DNA from: Clostridia bacterium
Lineage (GTDB): Bacteria > Bacillota > Clostridia > Oscillospirales > CAG-382
NCBI GenBank assembly: GCA_017429165.1
Contig: JAFRPL010000019.1
Coordinates: 43,891 to 107,890, forward strand
Reading direction: 5' to 3'
DNA length: 64,000 bases
Shown: one piece after another, positions 61,046-64,000 of the stretch
Numbering within the stretch: the stretch's first letter is position 1
Layout of the letters: every line of letters begins with the position of its first letter
Translations under genes and position numbers: made by a program
The notes under the pieces: generated by a model
Database searches by the model: none
Seen by the model: only the letters and a program-made list of their open reading frames with translations
What the model was told of the DNA's origin: nothing

Positions 61046-62278
61046 ATGAAGAAAAGCTGTTTGATATTTATACTCGTAATGCTCCTTATACTTTCGGCGT
61101 GCGGCGGAAACGCCGGCGACGAACCGGCTTCGGCGGCGTCGGAAGCGACGGCGGTCCTGCCGGAAGAACCGCCCGAACCGAGCGAGGAAGCGACGGCAGA
61201 AGAAAGCGCGGAAGAAAGCCGTGAAGCGGCCGTCGCCGCGCCGGAGCTGTTTGTGCTTTCGGGGCCGGGGGGCGAATTTGACATACACACCGAAGATCAG
61301 GCGCTGTACCTGCAGGACGTTTACACGAGAGCAGCCGCATACGCCGACGGCTGGCACGAATGCAGCAAGCCGCGAAGCGTGAGACTGGAATGGACTTTTG
61401 ACGGCGAAAACGCCGACGTTACCGTTTTTCGCGTGCTGCTCGACACGGACGAAGCGTTCGGCTCCCCGCGTGAAAAACTAATACCGGCATCCGAAGAGCG
61501 CGCCGCGGAGTTTTGCAACCTGTTCATCGGCGCGGATTATTACTGGAAGGTGCTCGCCATATGCGGCGACAAAGTCTTTGAAAGCGGCGTTTCGGGCTTT
61601 TCCACCTCTTCCGCGGCGCCGCGCAATCTGAACATTGAAGGCGTTTCGAACGTGCGCGACGTGGGCGGCTGGATAATAGACGGCTCGCACCGCGTAAAGC
61701 AGGGCGTCGTATACCGCGGCGCGGCTTTTGAAGACGAAAATTACGATACGCACATAACCGAAGAAGGCGTGCGCCGCGCGCGCGAAGAGCTTGGGATAAA
61801 GACCGAGATAGAGCTGCGCTGGATTACGCAGAAGGAGATAAAGTCGCGCAGCGAAAGCCTGCTTGGCGGGGACGTAAATTATTACGAATTCGAGTTCAGC
61901 TACAACGACGAGGAGCTGCTCGAAGGCAACGCCAAAAGCATTGCGCGGTGTTTCAGGACTATTGCCAACGAAAAAAAGCACCCCGTCTATTATCACTGCC
62001 GCATAGGCACGGATCGCACCGGCGTGCTGACGTATCTGCTGCTCGGATTTCTGGGAGTCGAAAAAGAAACGCTGCTTAGGGACTATCTTTTTTCGAATTT
62101 CGGCTACGTCGGCGGGAACCGCAGCGTCGATTCCATAAAGAAAGCCTACATAGACATAATAGATTCCTACGAGGGCGGCACGCTGCAGGAAAAGATCACG
62201 TGGTTTTTGAAAAACAAGTGCCGTCTGAGCGACGACGTCCTGAACAGGGTGAAGGAGCTGCTTACCGAAGAGTATTGA
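61046..62278 (+). CDS. Tyrosine-protein phosphatase family lipoprotein
   Basis: Lipobox LSAC; NVRDVGG and HCRIGTDRTG. Confidence 0.88.
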   Translation: MKKSCLIFILVMLLILSACGGNAGDEPASAASEATAVLPEEPPEPSEEATAEESAEESREAAVAAPELFVLSGPGGEFDIHTEDQALYLQDVYTRAAAYADGWHECSKPRSVRLEWTFDGENADVTVFRVLLDTDEAFGSPREKLIPASEERAAEFCNLFIGADYYWKVLAICGDKVFESGVSGFSTSSAAPRNLNIEGVSNVRDVGGWIIDGSHRVKQGVVYRGAAFEDENYDTHITEEGVRRAREELGIKTEIELRWITQKEIKSRSESLLGGDVNYYEFEFSYNDEELLEGNAKSIARCFRTIANEKKHPVYYHCRIGTDRTGVLTYLLLGFLGVEKETLLRDYLFSNFGYVGGNRSVDSIKKAYIDIIDSYEGGTLQEKITWFLKNKCRLSDDVLNRVKELLTEEY

Positions 62279-62425
62279 TACGACGCCGGAGCTGTTCCGC
62301 CGAGCGGGAAAATATTGCCGTTTTTGTAACGAATTTTAAAACTTTTGCGCGCCCCTATTGAAAAATGCGGCAAAAACGTTATACTGTATTGTGCGTATAC
62401 AGCAGGGAAAGGAGGCAGACGCATT

Positions 62426-63583
62426 ATGGCGAAAAAACGCAGGAACGTGAACGCGGACGAGGCGATCTACGAAAGCATCCCCGCGGAAGAGCAGCCCGAA
62501 GATATCGCTCCCGCAGACGAACTGTCGGCGGAAGACGAAACCGCGCCGGAAAGCGACGCCGACGAAGCCGAAGGGTCCGGCGACGAGCCCGAGACGGACG
62601 ACGTATTCGTCACCGCGCCGCTGGAAGAACTGCCCGGAGCGGGCTTTGAAGAGACCGTGGAAGACGCCGACGTGACCAAGATAAAAAGCACCTACAAAGG
62701 CAAAAAAACGCGCGTGCTGAACGCGTCGTTCTTTGTGCGGTTCCTGCTGCTCGCGCTGTGCGGCGCGCTGTTTATGTACAGCGCGGTATCGATTGCCAAC
62801 CGCTTTGCCGACGATATGAAGAGCGAACAGTTCATAGACGATCTGCGCAGCAATTCGGCTGAGCGTTCCGCCGTGTCGCGCCAGATAAAATCCAAGGCGT
62901 GCGTTTCGCCGCTGTGCCTTTTCGACGCGCTGGGAGTCGATGAATACACGCCCGAATTCGCCGAGCCCGAAATTTCGGACCGCTACGATTCGGTGCTCAA
63001 CACCATAGCTCAGCTCAAAGCGATAAATCCCGAAATCTACGGCTGGATCCGCTGCACCGGCGGTATGCTGAGCATAGACTACCCGGTAATAAAAGCCAAG
63101 GATAACGAAAAATACCTGCGGCGCAACATCTACGGCGAATATTCCGTGGGCGGCACCATATTCGTGGATTACCGCGACAGCGACCGCCACGGCGAAAGCT
63201 ACAACACCATATTCTACGGCCACAACATGACTAACGGCACAATGTTCCGCGCCATAAAGGACTGGTTCGAATCGACCGACCGCGAAGCCACCGCTCCGCT
63301 GATAAACGTGGAGATAATCACTCCGCAGGCGACGTTCGTTTACGAGATCTTTTCGGCGTACCGTTCGGACGGTTCGGATTTTATCACCGTATCGTTCCGC
63401 GACAACGACACCTACACCAGATTCCTTAAGACCATGCTCAGCCGTTCGGTGCTCAAACGCCGCCCGGCGTACGACGAAAACACGCGTATCATCACGCTGA
63501 GCACGTGCACCAATTCCGGCCGCAACGAGGACGAACGCTACGTCGTCCACTGCAGACTCATAAAGATAATCAAGTACAGCTGA
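62426..63583 (+). CDS. srtB: Class B sortase
   Basis: IDYPV, YLRRN, YGHNM and TLSTC...R. Confidence 0.9.
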   Translation: MAKKRRNVNADEAIYESIPAEEQPEDIAPADELSAEDETAPESDADEAEGSGDEPETDDVFVTAPLEELPGAGFEETVEDADVTKIKSTYKGKKTRVLNASFFVRFLLLALCGALFMYSAVSIANRFADDMKSEQFIDDLRSNSAERSAVSRQIKSKACVSPLCLFDALGVDEYTPEFAEPEISDRYDSVLNTIAQLKAINPEIYGWIRCTGGMLSIDYPVIKAKDNEKYLRRNIYGEYSVGGTIFVDYRDSDRHGESYNTIFYGHNMTNGTMFRAIKDWFESTDREATAPLINVEIITPQATFVYEIFSAYRSDGSDFITVSFRDNDTYTRFLKTMLSRSVLKRRPAYDENTRIITLSTCTNSGRNEDERYVVHCRLIKIIKYS

Positions 63584-63587
63584 AGCC

Positions 63588-64000
63588 TCAAACGAAAAAC
63601 GGAGTCGCTTTGAGCGGCGCGTAGCTGGGTTCCGTCAGCGCGTACACGCGCTCGGCTCCGAGCGCGAACTCAAAATCGCATACGGCTTTTTCGCCCGCCG
63701 CCTTATAGTCGGCGGGTTTTGTTATAACGGGGATACCGAAACGCTTTTTGTTCGCCGCCAGGTATTCCCTGCCGCGGGCGTCAGAAGCCAGAAGCAGCGC
63801 GTACGACGGTTCTTGACGGGCGCGCCCGGGCGTGACGCCGAAATACGAGCACACGAGCGTGCGCCGCACCCGCGCTTTGGTGAGAGTCGCCGAAACCGCT
63901 TTTTCGCAGAGCTCTTCCACGCCGGAACATTCCTCCGCCGCGGAACATATGCGCGCGAGCGCGCCTTTGTCGGCGCCGTAAACGTCGCCGCGCGGTCCGC
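63588..64000 (-). CDS. tmcAL: tRNA(Met) cytidine acetate ligase-like nucleotidyltransferase, C-terminal part (starts beyond window)
   Basis: T.ARVRR...Y..LLA...GREYL...IPVITKPAD. Confidence 0.6.
   Translation of the reverse strand, partial: GPRGDVYGADKGALARICSAAEECSGVEELCEKAVSATLTKARVRRTLVCSYFGVTPGRARQEPSYALLLASDARGREYLAANKKRFGIPVITKPADYKAAGEKAVCDFEFALGAERVYALTEPSYAPLKATPFFV

Overview
Chromosomal window from a Clostridia-type (Oscillospiraceae/Ruminococcaceae-like) Firmicute. Positions 1 to ~11.8 kb are nested mobile DNA. An integrative mobilizable element (IME: Cys-rich VLP protein, ParM/ParR, oriT candidate, HTH protein, Fic, MobC, MOB_P relaxase, ParB, Xis, tyrosine integrase) has inserted into and truncated a parA gene. 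That parA belongs to a larger ICE-like element whose end lies at the 3' end of lysS. The main observation is an ORF absent from the supplied track because it runs off the left edge (minus strand, 1083 to <1). My manual translation shows, in order, the N-terminal motifs of YonO-like / eukaryotic RNAi RdRP-like single-subunit two-barrel RNA polymerases, so a non-phage mobilizable element appears to carry its own RNA polymerase. The catalytic DxDGD motif would lie outside the window. The rest is mostly housekeeping DNA (lysS, greA, ctpA, envC-like, ftsEX, pgi, galK, clpX, clpP, tig, sortase B and others). It also contains a four-gene tandem array of membrane-anchored BspA-type LRR proteins with near-identical leader/anchor blocks and mosaic shared segments, a candidate recombination-driven surface-variation locus. 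All family assignments come from motif recognition by eye; no database searches were run.
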